A stretch of 50,048 nucleotides of DNA from a virus (taxonomy: Duplodnaviria; Caudoviricetes). The stretch covers positions 1-50,048 of IMG/VR virus record IMGVR_UViG_3300030330_000961; one strand, written 5' to 3'. Each line of letters opens with the position of its first letter. Position 1 is the stretch's first letter. Under the pieces are notes generated by a model. The model did no database searches and was not told where the DNA came from. It saw only the letters and a program-made list of their open reading frames with translations. This document shows positions 27,601-35,051 of this stretch, piece by piece. The position numbers and the translations under genes are program-made.

Positions 27601-30276
27601 GAAGGGGATATTGCTATAGCCTACGAAGAAGCTCAACTTGCGATTCAAAAATTATTAGAAGAAATTAAAAAAGGAATGATAGCATCTAACTATGTAGATG
27701 ATATTATTAACGCTGCTCAAATGATAAATATAATGGATCCCAATTTACTACAACAAGTAGGATTAGATGTTAATACATTGAATAGAGATACTGTGGAAAA
27801 TATTAACTTTCAACAACTAAGTACTATAGTAGTTGGACTACAGACAATGGAACAAAGACAAATAGATTCAGCACAATTAGAATTATTTGCCCCTCTTCCT
27901 GTTATACAACAGTTACTAGGGACAGAGGAAGCAGGACTAAAAGCTTTACAGAAACAAATAGGCATATACGAAGAATATAAAACATTTGATTATGTGCCAC
28001 TGCAAAGATATGGGGAGTTTTTTATTACTGTTAAAGATTCTGAAGGTAAAGTAGTTCATGCAGAGAGTATAGAAAAACCATACGTAGAAGAACGGGCAAC
28101 AGGTCAAACTTTTGAAAAAAAGAAAGACGAAGTGATAAGCAAGTTAGCTGGATTATACCCAGCATCAGCAGGGTTTGTAATATCAGATGTAAAAGCAAGT
28201 AAAGATACAGAACGTGAAAAAGTTATACAAGAATTTTCTGCATTGGATGTGCTAGCATCTAAACTGCCAGAACCTAATGCCAAAGCTTACGCTGAAGTCA
28301 GAGCGATATTAGATAAACGTATAGAAGGCGGCACTTTAGTTGGATTTGACCAATTCTTAAGAGGCAGAAAAAAGATTGGTGGTGTTCCAGGATTTGATGG
28401 AGATATACTAAGAGGTATAACTTCGTTCGGTATGGTAGCTTCAGAGTACGCAGGAAGAAATAGATTTTTAAAAGAAGTAAGAGATCGAACATCAACTGCT
28501 ATAAAATACACAGAGCAGCCTGGTAACCAAAGACCAAAGTTAAAAGAAGCTATACAAAGTATGGTTAGCTATGGGGTGGACAACTCGCATCATCATGAGT
28601 TCGCTTTACCTAGACGTTTGGGATTCTGGTGGTTTTTAGGTGGTAATCTATCATCTGGCATATTACAAATAATGAGTGCGGTGCAGTTTACTGGGCCGAT
28701 CTTAGCTCAATTTAGTAACTCGGGCGCAGTTCTCAAAGAGATGACAAGAGCTGCTGCGGATGTAAGTAAAATGATTACATTTACCAACAATGAATTTAAT
28801 GATGTTTATCTAGACTTCGATAAGATACCTGCAGACGTTAGAGAAGCAGTCAAAGAAGATGTGGCTAATGGTATTATTAAACAAGGACAAGCAATATACG
28901 AAGCAGGCATGGCTCCAGGATATGCTATGACTCCAACTGAAAAAACAAAATTACGATCCAAAGTAAGACAATTTGAACAAAGCGTTATGGGTGGTGTCTT
29001 TAATACTTTCGAGACTATATCTCGTTTAACTGCGTACATTGCTGCTTATAGAATATCTAACAATAATACAGTTATGGAGAGAGCAAATGAGTATTACGGT
29101 TCAGCTAATGAATTGTGGAATGTTTTTAAAGAACGTAGAGGTGGTGTGGCTACTCAACAAGATTTTGCTAGAATATTAATTGACGATACGTTTGGTAATT
29201 ATTCTAAAACTAATAGACCTAGAATAATGAGAGGACCTGGTTCTGTATTCTTCTTATTCCAAACTTATATCAGTCAAATGTTTTTCTTATTACACAGACT
29301 AATGACACAGGGTGGACCTCAAGGTAGAAAAATGTTTGCAAGAGTTATGGTTATGCTATTTATTACAGGAGGGTTAATGGGTATGCCAGGCATGGAAGAG
29401 CTTGATCAAATTTACAAAATGATACAAAGAATGAGAGGTGTAAATGAAGACATGAGAACTGTAATGCGTGAAATGTTTACAGAAACTGTAGGCCCACAAG
29501 CTACAGAATTTTTAATGCAAGGTGCCATAGAAGCAGGAACGGGGGCAAGTGTGCAACGTAGATTATCTTTAGGTGAAGTGCCAGGGTCTGCTCAAATAAG
29601 AGCACTTATGGGCATGATGGGTTTCCCTACTGGAGCAAGAGCAGAAGAATTTTTAGGAGCACCTGGTGCGGTGTTTATAGATTCAGCTAGAGAAATGAAA
29701 GATATATTTTCAAGAGAAGGAACTGCAGCCTTTTACAATGATCTAGATTTATACATGGCAGCTATGCCTACATTTATTAAAAACCTATACAGAGCAACAT
29801 ACAAATATCCAACCGAAGGATATGTAGAAACTAAATACGGCACTATTGTTACTGCAGACTTAACGGCTTTAGATTTAATAAAGCAAGGTATCGGATTTAC
29901 TCCTACTAAAATTTCTAAAGAAAGAACTGCTTTATATTATGACAAAGCAATAGAGGGTAAGTATAGTGGAAAAATTAGAGGATTTAATACTAAACTTAAA
30001 AGAGCTTATCGAGACATTTACATAGGACTAAACGTAAATCCTGATCCAGGCATGGTTAGAGATGCACAACTAGAAATTAATAAAATTATGAGAGAGATAA
30101 TGGCGTTTAACAACAAAGTAGGATACGAGTACATGTACTTTCCACAATTAAGTAGATTGCAATCAGAGGGGATACAGCAAGCAAATACTACATACCGTAA
30201 TCTTAAAACTGACAAAAGCACAAAACGTTTAAAAGATAAAATGCGTGAGTCTTTAAATATTAAAGATTCCAACTAA
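21607..30276 (+). CDS. giant polyvalent internal virion protein (pesticin-like muramidase, hydrophobic segment, HExxH peptidase, ART-like, PLxRFG-like)
   Basis: LEG....GYVP.....SGVTIGSGVDLG; HHESMH..EEEAISDYF; YHFT..GLHFAS..GYDGIVY.N..E; YVPLQRYG. Confidence 0.8.
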   Translation: MTNINYDFIESLEGFETRGYVPDPKGSNSGVTIGSGVDLGARNIDDLNKLNLPEELVNKLEPYLGKQKTDAKKYLNKNPLNLSDEEARLVSRAVQSDMANSLARKWKEKTGQDFSELSENKATVVASVAFQYGDLASKTPNFWEQVTSNNWEAALANLRDFEDKYPTRRNKEADFLSPTLPIRRPIESRQEGGPVEAGKPYLVGEAGPEIIIPEQSGTVIPNNQLPSPFNAAFDFAAFADQYAQLFPAEPETAPVVEKPKMKYIKFDDPKVPRFAVPENLSKEDMQNYMKSPFVEQEMFNKGYLYKYGLDPVRYDDPTDLDDWNFTAGAKSGFDNLKAIGSGVLYTMADLFDNEDAKEKFSKMVEQYNLDSGVHMFKEGEEGQVDLRITTIEDMLQDENKLGAFLDWASFNMGVGAATMLPLIGAGVVGGGVGVAIGAPTLFTIGTSQIGLGGLSFLLGSYAMGVGEATNAQLERSGDSNAAISIAAAIPYAASEFAFGASSQIVSAFAKRGGLTGVKSQMKDLVKTKFNKVVTDPSIIKEVSKGVAKGFAGEATAEGLQEIITSSAAEIGAGASLQDLYSTPDFWKQVGEAAAAGGVAGFGIGAVPGAINYAKQSRSKVEGAFGIGKMNPTETETIKKTGATVGDTVTIEGAYQADNPEFETDGNPPEFTILGETVNLDGSKNIVLRNNTTNTIQLLNEKDASKVIKVEENQVDKQDKDVEPEYLEPENIPSEARLKRIVKELKRRGYNSTEVIRNALEADKLKSKEDWKRRRKEIVEEQQNEYRLEAIAGIGYSKPAFVKPYDDAMNKGAIESGETTMDALLEKDWINWSNITLDRAVNNGDPNVITPKQQEQLTKLGYYNGKNGRDLIETHRRDFTPVKDNPNINRGRQRIQEIIDQGIPYEPMTVSTRTLVESRRVPPLNQRNDQEFENLTQQQKLADFETAKVDEEIQSLRLQKRNLDTKDPTYKQNIRDINIQINDLQTQKEARVLQASSALGRIDAIVDILNRLDIQGIRFNPKQMLRAALKIAKKQKNQIEINAIQGALDKAKPEYTPLVRFGTGTVFVYSDIMVDTARKEIKFLESQRKGGAEGLSAAEVEALTDEQKAIYIDQTEKIQEFQDIIEVSLAKRKELNTLLESFNIEPLLNFKDNKPRIPGAQTIEKVKKQIRQLRKELYGYDENVYEKNVDTYWSVSNYPNSLDRPKLSLEAIKSMAVISDQFQKELNQLGLDNLSIRLIDSIMTEEGTVLNGRYFGGLGLIEVAMNATTPVDNIALADSQRYTMHHESMHYIFNNLLTPKEQNVLRDAARKTLINRYNIKNRYGPFGLNQSQMEEEAISDYFAEYMATTPNGALDSPKGIIGRVFERIRTYLITLANILRNNGLNGANQVFDKLDYGTVIARRAIMSKTVMQTTEISNIAKAAGISVDEAQAFIQRGLKKTKVLNSGYNTGSITDNIGLYNSFILYQQPRTGLMTDPSLRKITTLVNGLMKSLTTKVGLPNISEANYYLAELKKVTSQELNAAIASLQSADLDFAGKFETFSAMELGTATRAQRQVMNLLASLNSRTQGVEIFTNRLNRITLPTESDLRIAGSIKKTYHFTSQGSTIPVLETSKISELGLHFASSEMQAKDRYNMKVRGGETTLTPVVGRRTKTGGVLFQDGRFDIDEATEEDLGSINTAILYINNPLRMPDMGNWDTFKVLERLTETPTSKNFRAFRTFYKTIDVSPVLFTEKENAAISRALGEIEANFMEGKSQFKNYKNMQSAYLVKKIKEKGYDGIVYVNMAEGMRAGDFDRGVEKGAQESFIVFDSNQIQEVEFNSNPDFTDINYQASVQMQESVADDELSKPETMNRQQQKKGVDDLKKTAEATDKIFEDGKEASLKDISFFGKWANHARNFATKYPVVARLWDSISRMEQKGREIQTQFVMDMRRYFDVINNVEGAKVALAKAHIISQQEGAQGRYRRDANGQIIFVSPIDMTTGGTGQNVITVNKGEIIILEGDIAIAYEEAQLAIQKLLEEIKKGMIASNYVDDIINAAQMINIMDPNLLQQVGLDVNTLNRDTVENINFQQLSTIVVGLQTMEQRQIDSAQLELFAPLPVIQQLLGTEEAGLKALQKQIGIYEEYKTFDYVPLQRYGEFFITVKDSEGKVVHAESIEKPYVEERATGQTFEKKKDEVISKLAGLYPASAGFVISDVKASKDTEREKVIQEFSALDVLASKLPEPNAKAYAEVRAILDKRIEGGTLVGFDQFLRGRKKIGGVPGFDGDILRGITSFGMVASEYAGRNRFLKEVRDRTSTAIKYTEQPGNQRPKLKEAIQSMVSYGVDNSHHHEFALPRRLGFWWFLGGNLSSGILQIMSAVQFTGPILAQFSNSGAVLKEMTRAAADVSKMITFTNNEFNDVYLDFDKIPADVREAVKEDVANGIIKQGQAIYEAGMAPGYAMTPTEKTKLRSKVRQFEQSVMGGVFNTFETISRLTAYIAAYRISNNNTVMERANEYYGSANELWNVFKERRGGVATQQDFARILIDDTFGNYSKTNRPRIMRGPGSVFFLFQTYISQMFFLLHRLMTQGGPQGRKMFARVMVMLFITGGLMGMPGMEELDQIYKMIQRMRGVNEDMRTVMREMFTETVGPQATEFLMQGAIEAGTGASVQRRLSLGEVPGSAQIRALMGMMGFPTGARAEEFLGAPGAVFIDSAREMKDIFSREGTAAFYNDLDLYMAAMPTFIKNLYRATYKYPTEGYVETKYGTIVTADLTALDLIKQGIGFTPTKISKERTALYYDKAIEGKYSGKIRGFNTKLKRAYRDIYIGLNVNPDPGMVRDAQLEINKIMREIMAFNNKVGYEYMYFPQLSRLQSEGIQQANTTYRNLKTDKSTKRLKDKMRESLNIKDSN

Positions 30277-30397
30277 CATTTCTATATATCCAAATTAACC
30301 ATTCCATTGGATTATGCTGTCCGCCGTAAGGTGAATAGTGTAAAATTAAAGCTACGGATATTGCAAATATAATGACAGATACTATCGCTGCTTTCAT
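30260..30397 (-). CDS. 45-aa membrane protein (not in ORF track)
   Basis: MKAAIVSVIIFAISVALILHYSPYGGQHNPMEWLIWIYRNVSWNL, downstream of the holin-like gene. Confidence 0.45.
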   Translation of the reverse strand: MKAAIVSVIIFAISVALILHYSPYGGQHNPMEWLIWIYRNVSWNL

Positions 30398-30409
30398 GGA
30401 ATAAGTTAA

Positions 30410-30841
30410 TTATTTTTTAACTAAACTTCCACCAAAGTACAAACCAATAATAGCCGCTACTAAATTAGTATCTAATGGAGTTATAATAATTCCTCGTTGA
30501 GCCATAGGCACCCATTGCATTACTTCCTTACCTTCAAAGAATAAGAAACCTGGTTTCCATTCTGTGTACCCAACTATTACTTGTGCTTGTGGATCTATTA
30601 AAGGAAGTATCTTAGGTAAAACAACAATTGCAAAAATAGCAGTCAATGCTATGATTCTTCTTGTCCATTGAAAACCTACGTTCTCATACTCTCTTGCTTC
30701 TCTAAACGCATTAGTCTGTGCTTCTGCCCTTTGTAAAAGCATCTTCTGTTCAGCTTGTTTAGCTTTTATACTTTGTGACCAGATACTCATTACTCCACCA
30801 AGAACGGTAGAGCCTAGCATGGTTATCATTTCAAATGGCAT
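30410..30841 (-). CDS. holin-like membrane protein (3 hydrophobic segments)
   Basis: WTRRIIAL...; C-terminal AIIGLYFGGSLVKK resembles 3-TM holins. Confidence 0.55.
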   Translation of the reverse strand: MPFEMITMLGSTVLGGVMSIWSQSIKAKQAEQKMLLQRAEAQTNAFREAREYENVGFQWTRRIIALTAIFAIVVLPKILPLIDPQAQVIVGYTEWKPGFLFFEGKEVMQWVPMAQRGIIITPLDTNLVAAIIGLYFGGSLVKK

Positions 30842-30903
30842 TAGAAGCAGCCTTTAATTTTTTCTATTATACTTTTTATTTTTTCTTTTATTTTGTCTAT
30901 CAT
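30841..30903 (-). CDS. 20-aa amphipathic cationic peptide (not in ORF track)
   Basis: GGAG RBS, MIDKIKEKIKSIIEKIKGCF, TAATG-coupled to the holin-like gene. Confidence 0.5.
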   Translation of the reverse strand: MIDKIKEKIKSIIEKIKGCF

Positions 30904-30962
30904 TCTTTTCTCCAAAAGATTTTTTGTTTAACATATCTACTAAAGATTTAAATGTGTCAACT

Positions 30963-31133
30963 TTAGTCGTCATTGAATGAACTGTCCCAGTTACTGCTAA
31001 CCTGTTTCCATTGATCGTCAATAGGATCTTTTTTATCATCAGCAATAGGTTTAGCATCGCCACCTATTTGCACTTTACCGATACCCATATCTGGTTTAGG
31101 CATCTCAAAACCTGTTTTTTTATCGTCATTCAT
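30963..31133 (-). CDS. 56-aa acidic protein (not in ORF track)
   Basis: MNDDKKTGFEMPKPDMGIGKVQIGGDAKPIADDKKDPIDDQWKQVSSNWDSSFNDD; ATG at the predicted transcription start. Confidence 0.5.
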   Translation of the reverse strand: MNDDKKTGFEMPKPDMGIGKVQIGGDAKPIADDKKDPIDDQWKQVSSNWDSSFNDD

Positions 31134-31139
31134 ACTCAT

Positions 31140-31168
31140 ATTATATCAAATAAAAGGGGCACATTCAA
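31140..31168 (-). promoter_or_regulatory. sigma70-type promoter for holin-region genes
   Basis: TTGAAT-17 nt-TATAAT with extended TGn. Confidence 0.6.
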
Positions 31169-31169
31169 G

Positions 31170-31373
31170 TTATAATTTTATTGCTATAGTAACTAAAATA
31201 CCTGCTAATAATACTATGATAATCAACAACTCCAAAGCCATAAAAGTGTGATACCATATCCATCTAGTTTTATAGGCATTGTCTATCGTCAAATCTTCTG
31301 GATCTGGCTCACCTGCAATACCTTTATCGGGTGCACCCCATAGTGTATTTATGGCTTCTTTTATTTTACCCAC
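31170..31373 (-). CDS. small membrane protein
   Basis: NAYKTRWIWYHT followed by a long hydrophobic helix. Confidence 0.65.
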   Translation of the reverse strand: MGKIKEAINTLWGAPDKGIAGEPDPEDLTIDNAYKTRWIWYHTFMALELLIIIVLLAGILVTIAIKL

Positions 31374-32593
31374 TGAACCCAGTCATTTTTAGTTTTAGAT
31401 ATCGTATTAGTTTCTGACAATATTGGCAATTGAAAAGTAACCCCATATTTAGGATGTGTAAACCACAGAGCTTGCTTAGGAATCTCAAAAGCAAACCTAG
31501 AACTAGCCGCATACTCATCATATCCCTTTAACGATCCATTTACTATGATTCCATTAAGAGTTATATATTGATGCCAGTGTCCCATAATGACATAGTCTAT
31601 GGGCTTTTTGTGTGTGGCATACTCAGTCTTTATTTTTTGAACACCTCTAGCCACTGGACCAAGCATTCCTATTATACCTGCTCCGCCTTTAGCTCCTAAT
31701 CTATCTCCATGTGTTAACAAGTAGTTTATGTTGTATACTTTGTAATAAGCATCGTAGCCCGTAGGAACCATAAATGTAATACGAGGATCTTTTTTGTAGT
31801 GTTTTTCCAACATTAGATAAAGCATCCAGTCAAAGCTAGTGGCTGCTGCTTGTTTATGTCTAAACTGTTTAAACATTCTGCCATGATTACCATAAGCACA
31901 TGGTACAAATACTTTACCAAATACATCTGCTAAAGAATCAATTGCCCATATTAAATGATCAAACAAATCTAATACACATTCGATATTAGTTCCTGCATTT
32001 GTTTCAGTTAACTCTTCATGAATATGACCTGAGATCATGTCGCCGCCTAAAGCTACTACAATTCCAGGATATTTAGGATTAACCATGTGATTTGTGCACA
32101 GATCAATAGTAGTTTCTACAGTTGTTCTTAATCTTTTTTGTGCAATTTTATTGTTATAATCATTTAGATTATTAATGGAGTCAGGATCAACTACTTCACC
32201 CCAGTGAAAATCTGATAAAAACAAAGTAGGAACTCCAGGTGCCCCTTTGGCAGGAGAAGATTTTACTAACCACTTAGGTGGTTTAGGTGTATGCTTTTCT
32301 AACTTAAATACAATCTTACGTACATTTTCAGCTGTTATATTTTCTTTTGCAAGTTCTTGTATATGTTTTTTTAATTCTGAAATTTGTAAATCATATATAA
32401 TCTTTTGTTCAATCAAGGCAGCTTGAGTATCTGGAGGATTGACAGAAGGTTTCAGCCCCTCTCTTTCAGCCGCTTCTAGCCTGCTTACCAGAGTAGTTCT
32501 GGGTATGCCTAAAGTTTTAGCTGCTTCAGATTTATTTCCTTTCGCAACTACTACAGCATTTAATGCTTCTAAGTTTTTATTTTCTGTTACCAT
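31361..32593 (-). CDS. Fis-like HTH + calcineurin-like metallophosphoesterase
   Basis: GNKSEAAKTLGIPRTTL..RL; SDFH, GGD, GNHG, THGD, GHWH motifs; start reset to ATG 32593. Confidence 0.85.
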   Translation of the reverse strand: MVTENKNLEALNAVVVAKGNKSEAAKTLGIPRTTLVSRLEAAEREGLKPSVNPPDTQAALIEQKIIYDLQISELKKHIQELAKENITAENVRKIVFKLEKHTPKPPKWLVKSSPAKGAPGVPTLFLSDFHWGEVVDPDSINNLNDYNNKIAQKRLRTTVETTIDLCTNHMVNPKYPGIVVALGGDMISGHIHEELTETNAGTNIECVLDLFDHLIWAIDSLADVFGKVFVPCAYGNHGRMFKQFRHKQAAATSFDWMLYLMLEKHYKKDPRITFMVPTGYDAYYKVYNINYLLTHGDRLGAKGGAGIIGMLGPVARGVQKIKTEYATHKKPIDYVIMGHWHQYITLNGIIVNGSLKGYDEYAASSRFAFEIPKQALWFTHPKYGVTFQLPILSETNTISKTKNDWVQWVK

Positions 32594-32969
32594 TTGATAC
32601 ATCTCCATCATTAATAATTCTTCCTTGTCCGTCGACAATAGATCCTTCAGGTGCACTTTTCAATTTACCATTATCGTCGTACGCTTCAGCCACCACTCTG
32701 TAATATATTTCTTGATTAGTTCCTGGCACCATGTTGTTAGTCCATTCGCCAGTTCTTTCATATCGTCTTAGTTCAGACAGATTAGCTTTATGATTTAAAT
32801 AATTACCATAAGCTTCTGCATGATTTTTATCTCTCTTACCTAAACGACGTGACACTTTATAAGCTTGTGCCGCCGCTTCTGTCTCTTGTTTCTTTAATTT
32901 ATCTATGTCTTCCTGCGTATATTTTTTAGCAGGCTTAAGTTTGATGGGATAGTCTGGGTGATATTTCAT
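32577..32969 (-). CDS. hypothetical protein
   Basis: Start reset to MKYHPD after AGGAG; downstream of a promoter. Confidence 0.65.
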   Translation of the reverse strand: MKYHPDYPIKLKPAKKYTQEDIDKLKKQETEAAAQAYKVSRRLGKRDKNHAEAYGNYLNHKANLSELRRYERTGEWTNNMVPGTNQEIYYRVVAEAYDDNGKLKSAPEGSIVDGQGRIINDGDVSNGNRK

Positions 32970-33042
32970 ATTCTCTCTCCTATAAAAAGCTAGGGGCAAA
33001 CTAACCTAAATTAATTCGCCCCTTGTGCCCCCCTTAATTCGT

Positions 33043-33072
33043 ATTATACCACGGGGAGGGGTTGTTTGTCAA
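33043..33072 (-). promoter_or_regulatory. sigma70-type promoter
   Basis: TTGACA-18 nt-TATAAT with extended TGn. Confidence 0.65.
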
Positions 33073-33075
33073 GTG

Positions 33076-34989
33076 TTAATTTGCACTAACATCTACCAAC
33101 TCACAAACACCTCCTGTGCATGCCAGTTCTTGAGAACCTGTGGTATTATCTTGATCTTCTTTAAACGCTGCAAAGTCCACACCTTTGGGCATTATTTTTA
33201 AAAGTTCGTCATATTGTTTTTTATCACAATCTTGGTACGGTGCTTGTTGATACACATGATCAGAGTAAGGCAAGAAACTTATACCTGCTACATGATCAAA
33301 GTTTTTATAAACCCAAGCACCTACGTCCATCCACTCATGATCTTTGACAGATATAGTTACTGATGGTTTATGTTCGCACCAATACTTTTGATACATCAAC
33401 CAAGTTTCCAACTGTTGTATTGCTCCTACATCATTACGACAAATTGCACGGTCTGGTGATTTAATAGGAAAAGAAAATACGGTCACGGCACTTGGGTTTG
33501 TAACATCAGGTTCATTTGGAAAACCTTTCTCAATCATAAAAGTAGTCAGTGGATCTTTCGTATCACATCGCACAGTTCTTATGTAGTATGGACTATGTCT
33601 GGTATGTATGCCAGAAGCACTATCAACTAACTGACTGACCGTACCACTTGGTTTAACACAAGTAATAGCAGTTGATTGATTTATTTTTAATTGTTTAGCA
33701 AATTCTTTATTAGTATCTATCGCTACTTGTTTTAATTCAGAAAGCAATCCTTTATCTGGATTACTAGTCAATCTATTGTCCATAATACCTGTTAAAGATA
33801 CACCTAATAGTCTTTCATCTTCTGTGTTTTGTTTCCATATCTTACGAATGTATTTAAAATCAGTAAGTGTAGATTGAAATGTACCTAGTATAGTAGCGAG
33901 TCTAATTTTTTCTTTTAAACCTAATTTATTATCAGTGCCACGCACAACAACTTCTGTAAGATTGCAAAATTGATAAGGCCTTAATATAATCTCTGAGCAT
34001 GGGTTAGTTCCAAAATCATAATCACTTTCTCTACGCCCATTTTCAGCAGCTTTATTTTTGGCGGATTTCCTATTAAATATGCCACGTTCCCCTGACTTAC
34101 TATCAAACAAACTTTTCCATTCGTGCATAAACAACCCAATATCTGGAGTTCTAGTATAACAAGCAGAGTTATTAGCTAGTGCTCTATGTGGATCTGTATT
34201 CCACCATTGTCCGCTTTTTGCTTTTCTCATTCTGTCATCTTGTATGTTACTAAGTGATAGCAAAGCACTACGCCTTACACCTCCAACAACTACAACCTCT
34301 CCAATCTTGCAAACTAAATCGTGACACTCAATGGCATCCAGCTTTCTGCCAGTTGCGTTCTTAAACATAGTTATAGTAAAGTCAAAAAGATTAACTAAAG
34401 GTTGTGGACCACTAGCTCTACCCCCAAATGTTTTTAGTCTAGCACCTGCTGGTCTTACTTTAGTTATATCTATCTTTGGAATTTGTCCACCGTACAACAT
34501 AGCTAATAATTCTTTAAAAGCTTTTGCCCACCCCGTCTTACTATCTTGAACCACTATAACTGTATCACTTTCTTCCATAGTTTCATGGACTGGGGGCAGT
34601 TGTTGCACAAAGTTTCTTTCGACAGAAAATCCTACACCCGTCCCACACATAAGTATATACATCAACTCATCAAACGCTCTTACATTATCTATAGGAATGT
34701 AACTACAGTTGTACCCTGCAACATGTTCTTTGTCCAATGCTGTGCCTGCAGTCATCAATGCTCGCATAGACGGCATTACTTCTGCTGACAAAACTGCATT
34801 TTCTAAATCATTTCTAAGCACAGGATCTAGTGTATACTTGTGATTAGATTTAAGATGGGCTGCAATATAATCAAAGTAACGACCAACTGTTTCAGTCCAT
34901 GTCTCTCTTCGATTATCGTTATCTAAATATCGTGCGTACCTGGAAGTGTGTATGAATTGTTGATATTCAGTCGGAAGTGTATTGCTCAT
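33076..34989 (-). CDS. nrdJ: class II (adenosylcobalamin-dependent) ribonucleotide reductase, monomeric RTPR type
   Basis: MPSMR, YNCS, GTGVGFS, GGVRRSA, NPCSE, CNL, VKPSGT, C-terminal CTGGVCE; no beta-subunit gene nearby. Confidence 0.92.
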   Translation of the reverse strand: MSNTLPTEYQQFIHTSRYARYLDNDNRRETWTETVGRYFDYIAAHLKSNHKYTLDPVLRNDLENAVLSAEVMPSMRALMTAGTALDKEHVAGYNCSYIPIDNVRAFDELMYILMCGTGVGFSVERNFVQQLPPVHETMEESDTVIVVQDSKTGWAKAFKELLAMLYGGQIPKIDITKVRPAGARLKTFGGRASGPQPLVNLFDFTITMFKNATGRKLDAIECHDLVCKIGEVVVVGGVRRSALLSLSNIQDDRMRKAKSGQWWNTDPHRALANNSACYTRTPDIGLFMHEWKSLFDSKSGERGIFNRKSAKNKAAENGRRESDYDFGTNPCSEIILRPYQFCNLTEVVVRGTDNKLGLKEKIRLATILGTFQSTLTDFKYIRKIWKQNTEDERLLGVSLTGIMDNRLTSNPDKGLLSELKQVAIDTNKEFAKQLKINQSTAITCVKPSGTVSQLVDSASGIHTRHSPYYIRTVRCDTKDPLTTFMIEKGFPNEPDVTNPSAVTVFSFPIKSPDRAICRNDVGAIQQLETWLMYQKYWCEHKPSVTISVKDHEWMDVGAWVYKNFDHVAGISFLPYSDHVYQQAPYQDCDKKQYDELLKIMPKGVDFAAFKEDQDNTTGSQELACTGGVCELVDVSAN

Positions 34990-35022
34990 GTGCAGTCCTT
35001 TCTAAAATTTGGGTAAGTTTGT

Positions 35023-35051
35023 ATTATAACATTTTTCATTTTCACTGTCCA
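35023..35051 (-). promoter_or_regulatory. sigma70-type promoter for nrdJ
   Basis: TGGACA-17 nt-TATAAT with extended TGn. Confidence 0.55.

Noticed and set aside
648-30272. Antisense ORFs on the - strand of the structural arm (e.g. 22512-23060, 15460-15864, 6825-7205)
   Set aside because: They are shadows of long sense genes with biased codons and have no motifs or RBS.
30854-31063. 69-aa ORF from the track
   Set aside because: It overlaps two better-supported small ORFs in other frames and has no clear RBS.
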